Shown: positions 39,594-52,382, counted from the stretch's first letter. The stretch: DNA of 64,000 nucleotides from Spirochaetia bacterium (GCA_963668315.1 OY764216.1:1344001-1408000), one strand, 5' to 3'. Program-made: numbers and translations. Notes: a model not told the origin generated them from the letters alone.

Positions 39594-40655
39594 ATGGAAT
39601 TTGAAGGAAACGGTGTCGTCTACTGCGAAGGGGGCTTTGCCACAACATACGGTAAAACGGCTCACGGCCTGGTACGCTTTACCGAGCGCTACCGTATCGT
39701 CGCCGTGATAGACAGCACTCTGGAGGGTGAGCCGGACGGGGGAGAATTTCTGGACGGCAGACCCAAGGGGATCCCCGTTGTAAAGGATCTGGCCCGGGCG
39801 TTTCAGATCGCCGGGGAAAAGAACCTCGAACTGACCCACTTCATCATAGGGCTGGCCACGGACGGCGGCTACCTGACCGACGAAATCCGCCATGCCGTAA
39901 AAGATGCCCTTGAGCATGGGCTTAACGCCGATTCGGGCCTCCATGATTACCTTAATGATGACCCCGAACTCTCTTCCCTGGCCGCCCGCAAAGGATTGGT
40001 CCTCAGGGATATCCGACGGCCTTCGGAGGGAAGCAATCACATGTTCAGCGGAAAAATAAGCCAGGTCACCTCCCGGCGTATCGCCCTTCTGGGAACCGAT
40101 TCGGCTCTGGGAAAGCGTACCACCGCCTGGCTCCTTGTTCACGGCCTTCGCGGGAAGGGGCTTCCTTCCGAACTCATCGGGACGGGACAGACCGCCTGGC
40201 TGCAGGGGGCCCGGTACAGCCTGGTTCTGGATTCCCTGGTGAACGACTACGTCAGCGGGGAACTGGAAGAGGCGACCTGGCGGGCCTGGAGTGAGCAGAA
40301 GCCCGATTTTCTGGTGATCGAGGGGCAGGGCAGCCTGATGAACCCCGCCTATCCCGGGGGATTCGAGATTCTGGCCGCCTGTCGGCCCGACGGTATCATC
40401 ATGCAGCACGCTCCCGCCCGGGAGGAGTACGACGGCTTTCCCGGTTTTCCCATAGACTCCCTGGCAGATCAGATTTTTCTGGTTCAGTTCCTCTCCAAGA
40501 AAAAAGTCATCGGTATCACCATAAATCACGAAGGGATGGACAAATCCGAGATAGCCGGCGTGTGCCGGAAGCTGGAAGCCGAACACCATATCCCCGTATG
40601 CGATCCGCTGGTGGAGGGAATCGACAAAATGGTGGAAGCGGTAAGGGCTCTATGA
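39594..40655 (+). CDS. dgcN: DUF1611 protein (DgcN-like D-amino-acid N-acetyltransferase)
   Basis: GKTAHGLVR, SGLH, GTDSALGKRTT, GTGQT, IEGQGSL. Confidence 0.78.
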   Translation: MEFEGNGVVYCEGGFATTYGKTAHGLVRFTERYRIVAVIDSTLEGEPDGGEFLDGRPKGIPVVKDLARAFQIAGEKNLELTHFIIGLATDGGYLTDEIRHAVKDALEHGLNADSGLHDYLNDDPELSSLAARKGLVLRDIRRPSEGSNHMFSGKISQVTSRRIALLGTDSALGKRTTAWLLVHGLRGKGLPSELIGTGQTAWLQGARYSLVLDSLVNDYVSGELEEATWRAWSEQKPDFLVIEGQGSLMNPAYPGGFEILAACRPDGIIMQHAPAREEYDGFPGFPIDSLADQIFLVQFLSKKKVIGITINHEGMDKSEIAGVCRKLEAEHHIPVCDPLVEGIDKMVEAVRAL

Positions 40656-41716
40656 AAATCGACCGGATCGAACTGATCCCCCTCTCCCTGAAGCTTAAGA
40701 ATCCCTACTCCGTCGCCTATCACTACTTTGACCGGGCGGACCATCTGTTCATTCGTCTTGAATCGGGCGGCATTATCGGCTGGGGCTGCATGGCTCCGGA
40801 CGTTTTCGTCACCGGGGAATCGATAGAGAAAATCCTGCCCGAAGTCACCGATGCTCTGCCCGATCTTCTCAAGGGCAGCGATCCTTTCAGGCGGGTGAAG
40901 CTGCTGGATCGGATCAAAAAGCATTTCCCCGATTATCCCGGTGTCCGGGCTGCCGTGGATATGGCTTTATGGGACCTTATGGGCCATTACGCCGGGCTTC
41001 CCCTCTGGAAGATCATCGGCGGTTACCGGTCCCGTATCGAGACCAGCGTCACCATCGGAATCTGTTCCCTGGAGGAGACCCTGGAACAGGCGGAGGATTT
41101 TCTGGCCCGGGGATTCAATATCCTCAAAGTAAAGGGCGGGATTAATCCCGAGGAAGACGCGGAGCGTATGATAGCTCTCCATGAGAAATGGGGAAGCCGC
41201 ATACGGCTCCGGTTCGACGCCAACCAGGGCTATGACGTGCCGCAGACCTTGGATTTCCTTGATCGGATCCATAAGGTTCCCATCGAGCTCCTTGAACAGC
41301 CGACGGTCAAAAGGGACACCGATGCCCTGGGCGTGGTTACCAACCGTTCCTCTGTGCCTGTTATGGCCGACGAAAGTCTCCTTTCCCTTATGGATGCCTT
41401 CAAACTGGCCCGGAAAGGGCTCGTGGACATGATGAATATCAAAATCATGAAAGTGGGGGGGATCACCGAAGCGGTTCAGGTGGACAGCGTGGCCCAGTCG
41501 GCGAAAATAAAGGTCATGGTCGGGTGCATGGACGAATCGGCCCTGGGAATTTCTGCGGGGCTCCATTTCGCCCTGAGCCGTAAGAATATCCTTTATGCCG
41601 ATCTTGACGGACATCTGGACATTCTGGATGATCCTGCCGAAGGAACGGTGATCCTTAAGAAAGGGTGCCTATACCCCTCCGATGAACCGGGTCTGGGTTT
41701 CGCCGGACTGAATTAA
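40652..41716 (+). CDS. enolase-superfamily dipeptide epimerase / N-acyl-amino-acid racemase (DgcA-like)
   Basis: LKVKGG, DANQG, EQP, ADES, NIKIMKVGG, GCMDE, DLDG; ATGA overlap with the DUF1611 stop. Confidence 0.88.
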   Translation: MKIDRIELIPLSLKLKNPYSVAYHYFDRADHLFIRLESGGIIGWGCMAPDVFVTGESIEKILPEVTDALPDLLKGSDPFRRVKLLDRIKKHFPDYPGVRAAVDMALWDLMGHYAGLPLWKIIGGYRSRIETSVTIGICSLEETLEQAEDFLARGFNILKVKGGINPEEDAERMIALHEKWGSRIRLRFDANQGYDVPQTLDFLDRIHKVPIELLEQPTVKRDTDALGVVTNRSSVPVMADESLLSLMDAFKLARKGLVDMMNIKIMKVGGITEAVQVDSVAQSAKIKVMVGCMDESALGISAGLHFALSRKNILYADLDGHLDILDDPAEGTVILKKGCLYPSDEPGLGFAGLN

Positions 41717-42783
41717 GGAGCCCAGCACTGGGTCTCGGTCCTGACGGGCCGGTTTTCCCTGACCGCTTTATCGATCATGAGTCCCAGGTAATGATCCTGG
41801 GACGCTTCCGCCAGGGAGTAGAAGGATTCTCCCCTCTCGATAAATTCCGTCATTTTGTCCAGGAGAGTGATAATGGCAATATCTTCATCGGAGAGGCTCA
41901 CCGGATAGGGGTTCCTGTAGATCCATTCGCTTCCGCCCAGAATCCCCTTCAGGTAATAGCCCTCCACATTTTCGTACTCCCCGGCCCGGCGGCGTACCAG
42001 GCTGAACTCGATAGGCGTCAGGTGATCTTTGAGATAAAGAACATGGTCGTCATTAATCTCTCCCCTTTCCCCCCTGATGAGAAAGCGGGACGAGCGGATC
42101 CAGGAGCGGTGCTGGTTCGTCTCGAAATCGTAGAGGCCCTTTTTCTCCCCGAAGGTGAGAACCGCCAGAGTATGGTCTGTGGCAATGACCTTTTCTTCCT
42201 TCGGCGGACCGCCCCGTCCGGGGCCTTCTAAAACGGGAATATCCGTACGGTGCGCCCGGATCTCCCCGTTCTCAAATCCGATTCCCAGGGCTCGCCGGAT
42301 AAGGCTGATGCCGTGGTAGCCGTGGCTTATGGATATATGGGCGTAACGGGCCGTTCCCAGAAGTCCGGAGCCGGCCAGAGAGAGGCGCGCCCGGTTCATG
42401 GGGTACAGGTGATACTGTTCGGCAATCTGTATGGGATAGCCCGGGGGGAGGGCGCTGTTCAGTTCTATGAGATCCTCCAGCCCGTCTGCGGGAGGCGTTT
42501 CCGCCAGGATGGGAAGTCCCAGGGCGGCCGTTTCTGCGATGACTTCATGGCCATGGCTTTTCGCTACGGCGATGATGACAAAATCGGGCCTGTCTTCGGA
42601 GACAAGTTTTTCCAGATCCGGATAGGCGGGGACATTCCATGCCTTACTGATGCGCTCCCTGTTTTCTCCGCTTCTAGAAACCACCCCGGCCACACGGTAT
42701 TTCCCCGGGAACTGGTTCAGTATCCTCAGGAAAATCCCCGCTCTCCATCCGCTTCCTATTACGGCAACCGATCGTTTTTTCAT
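41713..42783 (-). CDS. Gfo/Idh/MocA-family oxidoreductase
   Basis: IGSGWR Rossmann start, AETPP, AEQY, SHGYHG. Confidence 0.82.
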   Translation of the reverse strand: MKKRSVAVIGSGWRAGIFLRILNQFPGKYRVAGVVSRSGENRERISKAWNVPAYPDLEKLVSEDRPDFVIIAVAKSHGHEVIAETAALGLPILAETPPADGLEDLIELNSALPPGYPIQIAEQYHLYPMNRARLSLAGSGLLGTARYAHISISHGYHGISLIRRALGIGFENGEIRAHRTDIPVLEGPGRGGPPKEEKVIATDHTLAVLTFGEKKGLYDFETNQHRSWIRSSRFLIRGERGEINDDHVLYLKDHLTPIEFSLVRRRAGEYENVEGYYLKGILGGSEWIYRNPYPVSLSDEDIAIITLLDKMTEFIERGESFYSLAEASQDHYLGLMIDKAVRENRPVRTETQCWAP

Positions 42784-42827
42784 CTATTCCCCCTTCCTGG
42801 AGCCCGCCTTCTACCGGCGGGCAGACC

Positions 42828-45800
42828 TCACGTCAACTGATCGAGAATTTCGAGGGCTTCCCCGAATTCATATCGTTCGACTTTTTTTACGAATTTTTTA
42901 AAGAGAGGACTGCCTGAGAGATGACCGGCGGAGGGGAGGAGATCACCCAGAAAATCTACCGCCTCCGTATCGTATTCGGTGAGAAAGGCCCTCATTACGG
43001 TCAATTTCTCCGGGAATGTCCCATCCGGTATGGTTTCCGGATTTGGTTCCCCCTTCTCCTCCGCCCGGTAATTTTCCAGCTCCCCGAGAAATGGCCCGAG
43101 GCTCTCTTTGAGGGATGAGAACGCTTCCTCGAGGGCCCCCTCTTCTCCGTTCCGACGGAGCGCCCCTTCCAGGGCCTCGGCCTTCTCCGCTATCACTCCG
43201 GCTCCGATATTGCCCGCCGACCCCTTGAGCGAATGGGCCCAACGGGCGGCGGCTCCCTCGTCGCTATCTTCACGGGTCTTGAGAAAATCCTCCTCAAAGG
43301 AGCCGTAATTCTCGAGAAACTTCCCCAGAAGCTTGTGATAGAGGAGAACATTGCCGTCGAGGAAGATCAGGCCCTCCTCATAATTCAAGCCGGCGATATG
43401 CGGCGGTTCTATCTCCGCGGGGAGAGGCGCCGGCTGTGAAGACAAGGGAAGGACGGACGTCCCCTCGTCTTCAATCCATCTGTTAAGGGTCTTATACAGC
43501 TCCCTCGGATTAATCGGTTTGCCCAGATGATCGTTCATGCCGGCTTCCAGGGATTTCTCCTTATCCCCGGAGAGGACATTGGCTGTCATGGCGATAATCG
43601 GAAGGTTTTCAAAACGCTCAAGCTCACGGATCTTGGCTGTGGCTTCATAGCCGTCCATAAGGGGGAGCTGGCAGTCCATGAGAACCGCATCATAGTTTCC
43701 GGCGTAGATCATATCCACGGCTTCCTGCCCGTCCTCCGCCAGATCGACCGCCATGCCCGCCTGGGTAAGCAGCTCGCGGGCTACTTCCTGATTTATCTCG
43801 TTATCCTCCACGAGGAGAATTTTTCTTCCCGCGAGACGGGTCTTTATCTGGGCCACTTCATTTTTCAGGGATATATCCCTTTTGGGACGCATCTCCGCAA
43901 TTCCCAGGGCGTCCTGAATAGCGTTGAGCAGGGTCGACGGCATCACCGGTTTTGCCAGTACGCCGACAACAAGAGGGCTCGCTGCGGATTCGGAAAGCAG
44001 CTCCTCCCTGGCATAGGCCGTCATGAGTATAACCCGGGGAGGATTCGGCAGATCCGCTTCTATTTTGCGGGCCAGGGCAGGTCCTTCCTGCTGCGGCATA
44101 TTTCCGTCCATCAGGACAAAATCCCAGCCGCCGTCCGGGGGAGACAACAGCTTCTCCCAACCCTCATCCGCCGTCTCCGCTGTGTCCGTGGTAAAGCCGA
44201 AGCAGGCCAGCATCTGCCGATAGATCTCCCGGGCCGTACTGTTGTCATCTATCACCAGAATCTTCAGAGAATCCAGCTCACCGCATGACGCGAGCAGCGT
44301 CTCCCCCTGCTCCTGCCTCTCCAGGTCGACCGTGAAATGGAACGTGCTCCCCCGGCCGATCTGGCTGTCGATCCAAATTTCCCCGCCCATCAGGGCCGTC
44401 AGCCTTTTCGAGATAGCCAGCCCCAGGCCGGTTCCCCCGTATTTTCTTGTGGTGGAGCTGTCCGCCTGGGTAAAATCCTGGAATAGCTTTTTCTGCTGCT
44501 CGGCCGAAATTCCTATACCCGTATCCTTCACCCAGAAATGGTAGGGGTGCTCTCCTCCCAGCCCTTGGCCTTCCGTCCGGACACCGATCACGATGTCCCC
44601 TTCGTCGGTAAATTTCACCGCATTGTTCGCCAGATTCGTGAGTATCTGCTGGAGCCTGACCGGATCTCCTATGACGGCCGAGGGGGTATCCGGAGAGATA
44701 TCGAATATCAGTTCCAGCTCCGATTCGTCCAGGGAGTATCCCAATACGCCGTTCAGGTTATCGAATATGTCCTCCAGGAGGAAGCGCGTGTGCTCCAGCT
44801 CGATCCTGTCCGCTTCGATTTTGGAATAATCCAGTATGTCGTTCAGTATGGCCAGAAGATTTTCCGCCGCCCGGTGGGCTTTGGAGATGTAGCGCATCTG
44901 TTTGTCGTCCAGCCCGGACTCCATGGCCAGATGGGACAGGCCGATAATCGCATTCATGGGCGTTCGTATCTCATGGGACATGTTGGCGAGGAAATCCGAT
45001 TTAATACGGGTCGCCTCTTCGGCCGTCTCTTTGGCCACGGCCAGTTCCCTTTCCACCGCTTTCTGAGTGCTGATGTCCACATGCCAGCCGAGCCGGGTAC
45101 TCTGGCCGTCATACTCATAGGGATAGAGGGAGAGGAGGATATCCTTTTTTCCCGAGTTACTGTTGAGTTGGACCTCGTAGTTGGAAAGAAAGCCCTCTTT
45201 TATGAATTGGCTCTGAAGTTGTTCAAAATCCTCCCGGTCGTAGGGCTGAGAGGGGGGGCCTCCCTTTTCCATTCCCATCTTTTTCAGGGCTTCGTTCATA
45301 TAGATGATGATTCCCGCAGAAGAGGTAATACCCACGCCGATAGGACTCGTCTCCAGCATCTCCGCCAGTCTTTCCTTCTCCCGCTCAATGGTTTCCTGGG
45401 CCAGCAGTTCTTCCGTTATGTCCCTCATCACGGCGACATAGTGCCTGCTGCCGTTGAGATAGGTTTCGTTGACGGCGATCTCCATGGAAAAGGGAATCTC
45501 CCCCTTTCTCAAGGCCGTAACACGGTGCCGGTTCCCCAGAATCTTCCGTTCCGCTTCGAGCTTCTTGTCCTTCAGCGCCTCGGCTATGTTCCCCCTGTAG
45601 GGCTCGGCGAGAAGCTCCCCCATCGGGTGGTCCATAATCTCCGCCGCATCATAGCCGAAAAGTTCTTCCGCCACATTGCTGAAGAATGTAATGTTCCCGT
45701 CACTGTCCAGAACGATGATCCCGTTCATCACCGTATCGATGATCGTGGAGAGGCGCAGCGTCCGATCCCTGACTTTCGCTTCCAGATCCTCCTTCGCCTT

Positions 45801-47179
45801 CTCAAGAGCGGTACGGGCCTTGGCAATCTCGGTGATATCCGTCAGAGTTTCCATAAGATAGGTTTTGCCATTCCGGTCTATATGGCTGATGAATTTGGCT
45901 ACGGGGACTTCCCGTCCGGACTTGGTAATCAGGGTCTGCTGGATAATCCTGGGTTTGTCCCCGGGAGAGAGTTCCCGGCACTGTTTGTTGCAGAAGGAGC
46001 ATGTAAGCCCGTCGCAGGGCTGGCCGATCACCTCCTCCCTGGTACGTTCGATAAGTTCCAGGGCGTGGCTGTTTATTTCGACGATTCTCTCCGTATCGGG
46101 GTCAATCAGAAATATTCCCGTGGGAACCGAATTGATCAGCTTGGAAAGAAAGCTTTCACTCTCCTCCAAATCCTGCCTTGAGGCCTTAAGGGTTTCCAGG
46201 AGAATATTTATATTCCCGCCCAGTTCGCTTATTTCGTCTTTGCCCCCGATCGTGATTCTCTTCAGGGAATTATTGTTTTTAATCCAGTTGACCTGGGTGG
46301 ACAGGTATTCAATGCGGTTGACGATTATCTTCAGAAGAAAAATGAAAGCTCCCCCTCCGAACAACAGAGTCAGGAGGAGGAGAACCATGTAGAAATACCG
46401 GAAATTACGGAGGTGGGTATGGTAGTCTGTCCGGTCCTGAAACACCTGGAGCTTCAGTGTTTTTTGGCCCAGGATATCCTGCAGCCACACTTCTCCCACC
46501 CCCCGTGAGGCGCTTTCCTCGAAAATCCTTATTCCCTCAAAGGGATCGGAGCCGGGCAGGGACGATTCCAGATTAAAGGTAAAGCCGGACAAGTGAGAGT
46601 AGGAACTTATTATTTCCGGGGTGACCCGGCTGATGAATACCATCCATCCGGGGGAAGCGCCTTCTCCCGAATTGTCATACACGGGACGCTTGACGGCAAG
46701 AAGAAGCTCTCCGGGAGAGATTGTGAAATACCCCCCCCGGGACTCATCACTGCCTCCGATAGGGGGCATCTCACCGGTTATGAAGGACAGAATATGGCTC
46801 AACAGATCCGGATCATCCGCCCCTTCCTCATTCAGAGCCTGTCCATACAGCAGCTCCCCCCCGTTGTCCAGAAACGCCAGTGCCGCCAGATTGAGCCAGG
46901 AAAAATAATTGATGTCCAGGTTCTCATCGATATACTTCTGATTTAAATCCTCTGTGAACCGGTACGTATCATTCCAGGAGGAGTAGTCATTCAGCGTTGT
47001 GTTAAGTTGCTGCGCCACATAATCCAAGATCCCGACGGCCCGGCCCACGTCGCTTATGAGAGCGTCATCCATGGTCCTCTGGATCCCTTTTTCGATGATC
47101 ATATAGCCGAAGGAGACAATGGAGAGGCAGAAGACAGCGATAGCGAAGGCAAAGGAGCTGAAGTAAACCGCTCGGATCT

Positions 47180-47183
<4 letters not shown>
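42828..47183 (-). CDS. membrane hybrid kinase CHASE4-HAMP-PAS(x3)-HisKA-HATPase-REC-REC-HPt
   Basis: DYSSWNDTY (CHASE4); [21 protein letters not shown]; two REC domains; [13 protein letters not shown] (HPt). Confidence 0.92.
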
Positions 47184-48223
<1,040 letters not shown>

Positions 48224-48268
48224 AAAAAAAGTATACCGTCAAAGCGGTGATAAAACAATTGGTAAAAT

Positions 48269-50113
48269 TTATATTTTTACAACCTCCCGTCCGAACTGGC
48301 TGTGGTAGAGATCATAGTAGAACCCCTCCTTTGCCATCAGCTCCCGGTGAGTTCCCCGTTCGATAATCTTCCCCCCGTCCATGACAAGAATGGCATCGGC
48401 ATTCTTGATGGTGGAGAGGCGGTGGGCGATAACGAAACTCGTCCGTCCCTCCATCAGCTTGAGCATCCCCTCCTGGATATGAATCTCCGTCCGGGTGTCC
48501 ACGCTGGACGTGGCTTCATCCAGTATCAGGATGGCCGGGTCCGATAGGATCGCCCGGGCTATGGCCAGCAGCTGCCTCTGCCCTTCGGAAAGGTTGGCGC
48601 CGTTTTCGGAAATCTCCGTGTCGTAGCCCCTGGGCATGCGGTGGATGAACTGGTGGGCATTGGCCAGGGTCGCCGCCCGGATGATCTCCTCCTCCGTCGC
48701 GTCCAGCCGGCCGTAGCGGATATTTTCCCGGACGGTTCCGGAGAAGAGGAAGGTCTCCTGCAGCACGATGCCCAGGGCCTTCCGCAGATCGTTCTTGCGG
48801 ATGCGCCGGATATCTGTCCCGTCAAGGAAGATAGAACCCCTGTGGTAATCGTAGAACCGGGTGAGCAGATTGATTATCGTGGTCTTCCCCGCCCCCGTAT
48901 GTCCCACCAGGGCTATCGTCTGGCCCGGTTCGGCATGGATATCGATTCCCCGGATGACGGGTATATCCTCTTTATAACGGAAGTGGAGGTCCTCTATATC
49001 GACTTTTCCCCTGACTTCCCCAAGGCTCCGGGCATCCGGGGCGTCTCCGAACTCCGGCTCTTCATCGAGAATCTGGAAAACCCGTTCCGCCCCGGCTAGG
49101 GCGGACTGGATCGTCGTATAGAGCTGGGCTACCTGGTTGAGGGGCCGGGAAAACTGGCGGGAGTAGTTGAGGAAGGCCGCAATGGTTCCCACCGAAACAA
49201 GGCCGTACAGGGCCAGAACCCCTCCGGCGAAGGCGGTGACGGCATAATTCAGATTATTCATCATATTCATGAGGGGACCCATCAGGCCGGAGGTCACGTT
49301 GGCCCGGTGTGCCGCCTTTTTCATCAGAAGATTCTTTTCCGAAAAGGCCGCCAGAATTTCCTCTTCCCTGGTAAAGGCCTTGACCACCCTGTGTCCGGTG
49401 ATGCTCTCCTCTATGATGCCGTTCAGGGCTCCCAGCTGTTTCTGCTTTTCCCTGAATCCCTTTCTGGTATGGCCGGCGATTTTTTTGGTGGAGAAAATAA
49501 TCAGAGGGATGACGCAGAGGCAGATGAGGGCCAGCTGCCAGTTGATGGTGAGCATGACAATTCCCACCGTTATGATACTCAGCCCGGCGGAGAGGATTTC
49601 CAGAACCCCCGTCGAGAGGGTATTGCTGACATTATCGATATCATTGGTCAGCCGGCTCATCAGTTCACCGGTGGAGCGGGTGTCGAAAAAGCGGATGGTC
49701 AGATCCTGAAACTTCCCGAACACATCGTTCCTCAGATCTTTGATCGCCTTCTGGGAGATCCCTATCATTATCCACTGCTGAACCATCGTAAGCAGTGCGG
49801 CGGCGAGATAGAATATTCCCATAAGTCCCAGGATCCGCACCAGGGCGGGAAGGTTCACTCCTCCCGAAATATACTCGTCCAGAGCAATCTTCATCAGGTA
49901 GGGCCCGGCAATATTGAGAGCCGTGGTGATCAGTACGATCAGTATGACCAGGGTCAAAAGTCGCCTGCTGCGCTTCAGGTACTCCCAGAGGCGGAAGAGG
50001 GTGCCCCTGACATCCTTGGCTTTTTCCTTGGGCTTCATCAAGTGCCCCCGGGGACCGTGCCCGATGGGGACAACCACCGGCTGCGCCGCCTGTATCTTAT
50101 CCGGTGAACTCAT
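48269..50113 (-). CDS. ABC exporter permease/ATPase, heterodimer subunit B
   Basis: TM domain; GHTGAGKT, LSEGQRQ, LDEATSSVD, IAHRLST. Confidence 0.92.
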   Translation of the reverse strand: MSSPDKIQAAQPVVVPIGHGPRGHLMKPKEKAKDVRGTLFRLWEYLKRSRRLLTLVILIVLITTALNIAGPYLMKIALDEYISGGVNLPALVRILGLMGIFYLAAALLTMVQQWIMIGISQKAIKDLRNDVFGKFQDLTIRFFDTRSTGELMSRLTNDIDNVSNTLSTGVLEILSAGLSIITVGIVMLTINWQLALICLCVIPLIIFSTKKIAGHTRKGFREKQKQLGALNGIIEESITGHRVVKAFTREEEILAAFSEKNLLMKKAAHRANVTSGLMGPLMNMMNNLNYAVTAFAGGVLALYGLVSVGTIAAFLNYSRQFSRPLNQVAQLYTTIQSALAGAERVFQILDEEPEFGDAPDARSLGEVRGKVDIEDLHFRYKEDIPVIRGIDIHAEPGQTIALVGHTGAGKTTIINLLTRFYDYHRGSIFLDGTDIRRIRKNDLRKALGIVLQETFLFSGTVRENIRYGRLDATEEEIIRAATLANAHQFIHRMPRGYDTEISENGANLSEGQRQLLAIARAILSDPAILILDEATSSVDTRTEIHIQEGMLKLMEGRTSFVIAHRLSTIKNADAILVMDGGKIIERGTHRELMAKEGFYYDLYHSQFGREVVKI

Positions 50114-51849
50114 TATACGGCCTCCTCATCTATCTGTGATTCATAAATCTCCCGGTACAGCCCGTTGGATTCCAGCAATTCCCCGTGCGTCCCCATCCCG
50201 GATATTTTCCCGTCCTCGATCACGATGATGCGGTCCGCATCCATAATGCTGGAGATACGCTGGGCGATAATCAGGACGGTGGACTGGGCCGTCCCCTCCC
50301 GCAGGGCCGAGCGGATGCGTTTTTCCGTGGCCAAATCCACCGCGCTGGTCGCGTCGTCGAGAATGATGACGGGAGCCTCCTTGGCCAGGGCCCGGGCAAT
50401 GGCTATGCGCTGTTTCTGCCCCCCCGAGAGGTTAACGCCCCGCTGGTTCACATCCGTTTCATAGCGCAGGGGGAGTTCTTCAATAAAACCGGCGATATTG
50501 GCTTTGGCGGCGGCCTCCTTCATCAGCTCCTCCTTTTCCGCCTGCTCCGACTTATGGTAGTCATAGAGAATATTCTCCCCTATGGTCCCGGCGAAAAGCA
50601 GTGTCTTCTGGGGAACCATGGCGATCTTTTTCCGCAGTTCCTTCGTGTTAAGCTGGCCGATGTCCTGGCCGTCGAGCAGAATCTCCCCCGAATCGATATC
50701 ATAGAAACGGGGAATCAGCTTGATCAGGCTGGATTTACCCGCTCCCGTGGCGCCGAGAAAGGCGACGGTCTCTCCCGGATTAATGGTAAAGGAAAGGTCC
50801 TTCAGAACCGGATCGCCCCCCTTGTCATAGGAAAAGGTCACGTTTCTGAACTCGATTTTCCCCTTGCCCGATCGGACGGCCTGGGGATCTTCCGGCTCCG
50901 TGATGTCCGGCCGGCTCTGCAGCACCTCCTGAACCCTTTCGGAAGAAGCCTGGGCCCGGGAAAAGCGCATGACCATATGGCTGAACATCATAAGGGAGTG
51001 GAGAAGCTGTCTGAGGTAATTGATAAAGGCGATGAGGGCCCCGATCTTCAGTGCTCCCGTATCAATCAGCCCCGCTCCGAACCACAGGGCCGTAATGATA
51101 CCGCCGTTCAGAAGTATCTGCATGGCCGGATTCATGAGAGACACGGTGCGGTTGGCTCGAACGGTATAATCGTTCAAGTCGTCGTTGGCCCTGCGGAATT
51201 TTTCCGTTTCGTAGTCCTCCCTCACGAAGGCCTTCACCAGCCTCTTTCCCGCCAGGTTCTCCTGAAGCCGGGTATTCAGGCGGTCGAGCTTCTGCTGGAC
51301 ACTGAAGAAGAGGGGATAGGTGCGGGCGATCAGAACGGTCATGATTATCAACAGCAGGGGTATGAAGATGATGAAGATGGCGGAAAGCTGAGTGCTGATG
51401 GCGATGGCCATGATCAGGCTTCCCACAATCTGCAGAGGAGTCCTTACCATCGCCCTGAGAATCATCATGGTCACCTCTTCGAGCTGGGTCACGTCGTTTG
51501 TCAGGCGGATTATCAGATTCCCCGTTTCCAGTTCGTCCAGGTTCTTATGGGAGAGGGAGAGCACTTTCGTGAAAAGATCCCTCCGCAGGTCCGCTCCCAC
51601 CCCGGTGGAGGCACGGCTTGCCAGGTAGGAGCAGCCCGATCCTCCCGCAAAGGCGATGAGGGAGTAGAGGATCATGCGTATCCCCATCTGAAAAACCAGG
51701 GAGAGATTCCCCGACGCGATTCCCCGATCCACAATCTGGGCCATGGTCGCCGGCAGCATGAGATCCATCAGAACTTCCACCATCATCATAAGGGGAGCCG
51801 ACAAGGCGAATAGCCAGTATTTTTTCAGGTAGCGGAAAATCGTCTTCAT
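50113..51849 (-). CDS. ABC exporter permease/ATPase, heterodimer subunit A (degenerate site)
   Basis: GATGAGKS, LSGGQKQR, LDDATSAVD and IAQR (the E to D and H to Q changes typical of TM287-like subunits). Confidence 0.92.
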   Translation of the reverse strand: MKTIFRYLKKYWLFALSAPLMMMVEVLMDLMLPATMAQIVDRGIASGNLSLVFQMGIRMILYSLIAFAGGSGCSYLASRASTGVGADLRRDLFTKVLSLSHKNLDELETGNLIIRLTNDVTQLEEVTMMILRAMVRTPLQIVGSLIMAIAISTQLSAIFIIFIPLLLIIMTVLIARTYPLFFSVQQKLDRLNTRLQENLAGKRLVKAFVREDYETEKFRRANDDLNDYTVRANRTVSLMNPAMQILLNGGIITALWFGAGLIDTGALKIGALIAFINYLRQLLHSLMMFSHMVMRFSRAQASSERVQEVLQSRPDITEPEDPQAVRSGKGKIEFRNVTFSYDKGGDPVLKDLSFTINPGETVAFLGATGAGKSSLIKLIPRFYDIDSGEILLDGQDIGQLNTKELRKKIAMVPQKTLLFAGTIGENILYDYHKSEQAEKEELMKEAAAKANIAGFIEELPLRYETDVNQRGVNLSGGQKQRIAIARALAKEAPVIILDDATSAVDLATEKRIRSALREGTAQSTVLIIAQRISSIMDADRIIVIEDGKISGMGTHGELLESNGLYREIYESQIDEEAV

Positions 51850-52289
51850 CTCTTTTCTTCCCTCTCTTCCAGAGCCAGGCTCATCTGTTCCTGCACTTTG
51901 AGAAGAAGCTTTCTGAAAATTTCCTGCTCCTCCTCCGTCATGGAGTGAAATATCCGTTCGTCCGTACGGGAGAAAAGGTCCCGTATCTGCAAATGTACGG
52001 CTTTGCCCTCTTCGGTGAGGGAAATAAGGGTCTGCCGCTGATTGTTCTCATCAATATGGCGGACTACCAGTCCTTTCTTTTCCAGAGACTGGACCATGCG
52101 GGTGAGAGTGGAGGGGGAGATATTCATTTTTTTGGCCAGGCTGGTCTGATTAATGGGCTCCCTCTCATCGTGAAGCACAAAGAAAAGGCGCGGCTGTCCA
52201 CGATAGATACCGAAGGATTCGAATATCATATGGTGGAACCGGTGGTGCAGCCTGGCCGTATCGGAGAAAACTATCCCTAAGGGTTTCAT
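51846..52289 (-). CDS. MarR-family regulator
   Basis: LAKKMNISPSTLTRMVQSLEKKGLV.R..DENNQR...ISLTEEG. Confidence 0.9.
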   Translation of the reverse strand: MKPLGIVFSDTARLHHRFHHMIFESFGIYRGQPRLFFVLHDEREPINQTSLAKKMNISPSTLTRMVQSLEKKGLVVRHIDENNQRQTLISLTEEGKAVHLQIRDLFSRTDERIFHSMTEEEQEIFRKLLLKVQEQMSLALEEREEKR

Positions 52290-52310
52290 GAAACCTCCCT
52301 GAAAAAATAG

Positions 52311-52382
52311 GTTGCTATGCGAAAGATTGGCATAACAACAGTTCGTATGCGAAATAATAGCATCCCGCTAAAAGAGAGTCAA
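52311..52382 (-). promoter_or_regulatory. marR operon promoter with two candidate operator boxes
   Basis: Minus-strand TTGACT(52382-52377)-17-TATTAT(52359-52354); GTTGCTATGCGAAA (52311) and GTTCGTATGCGAAA (52341), 30 bp apart. Confidence 0.65.
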
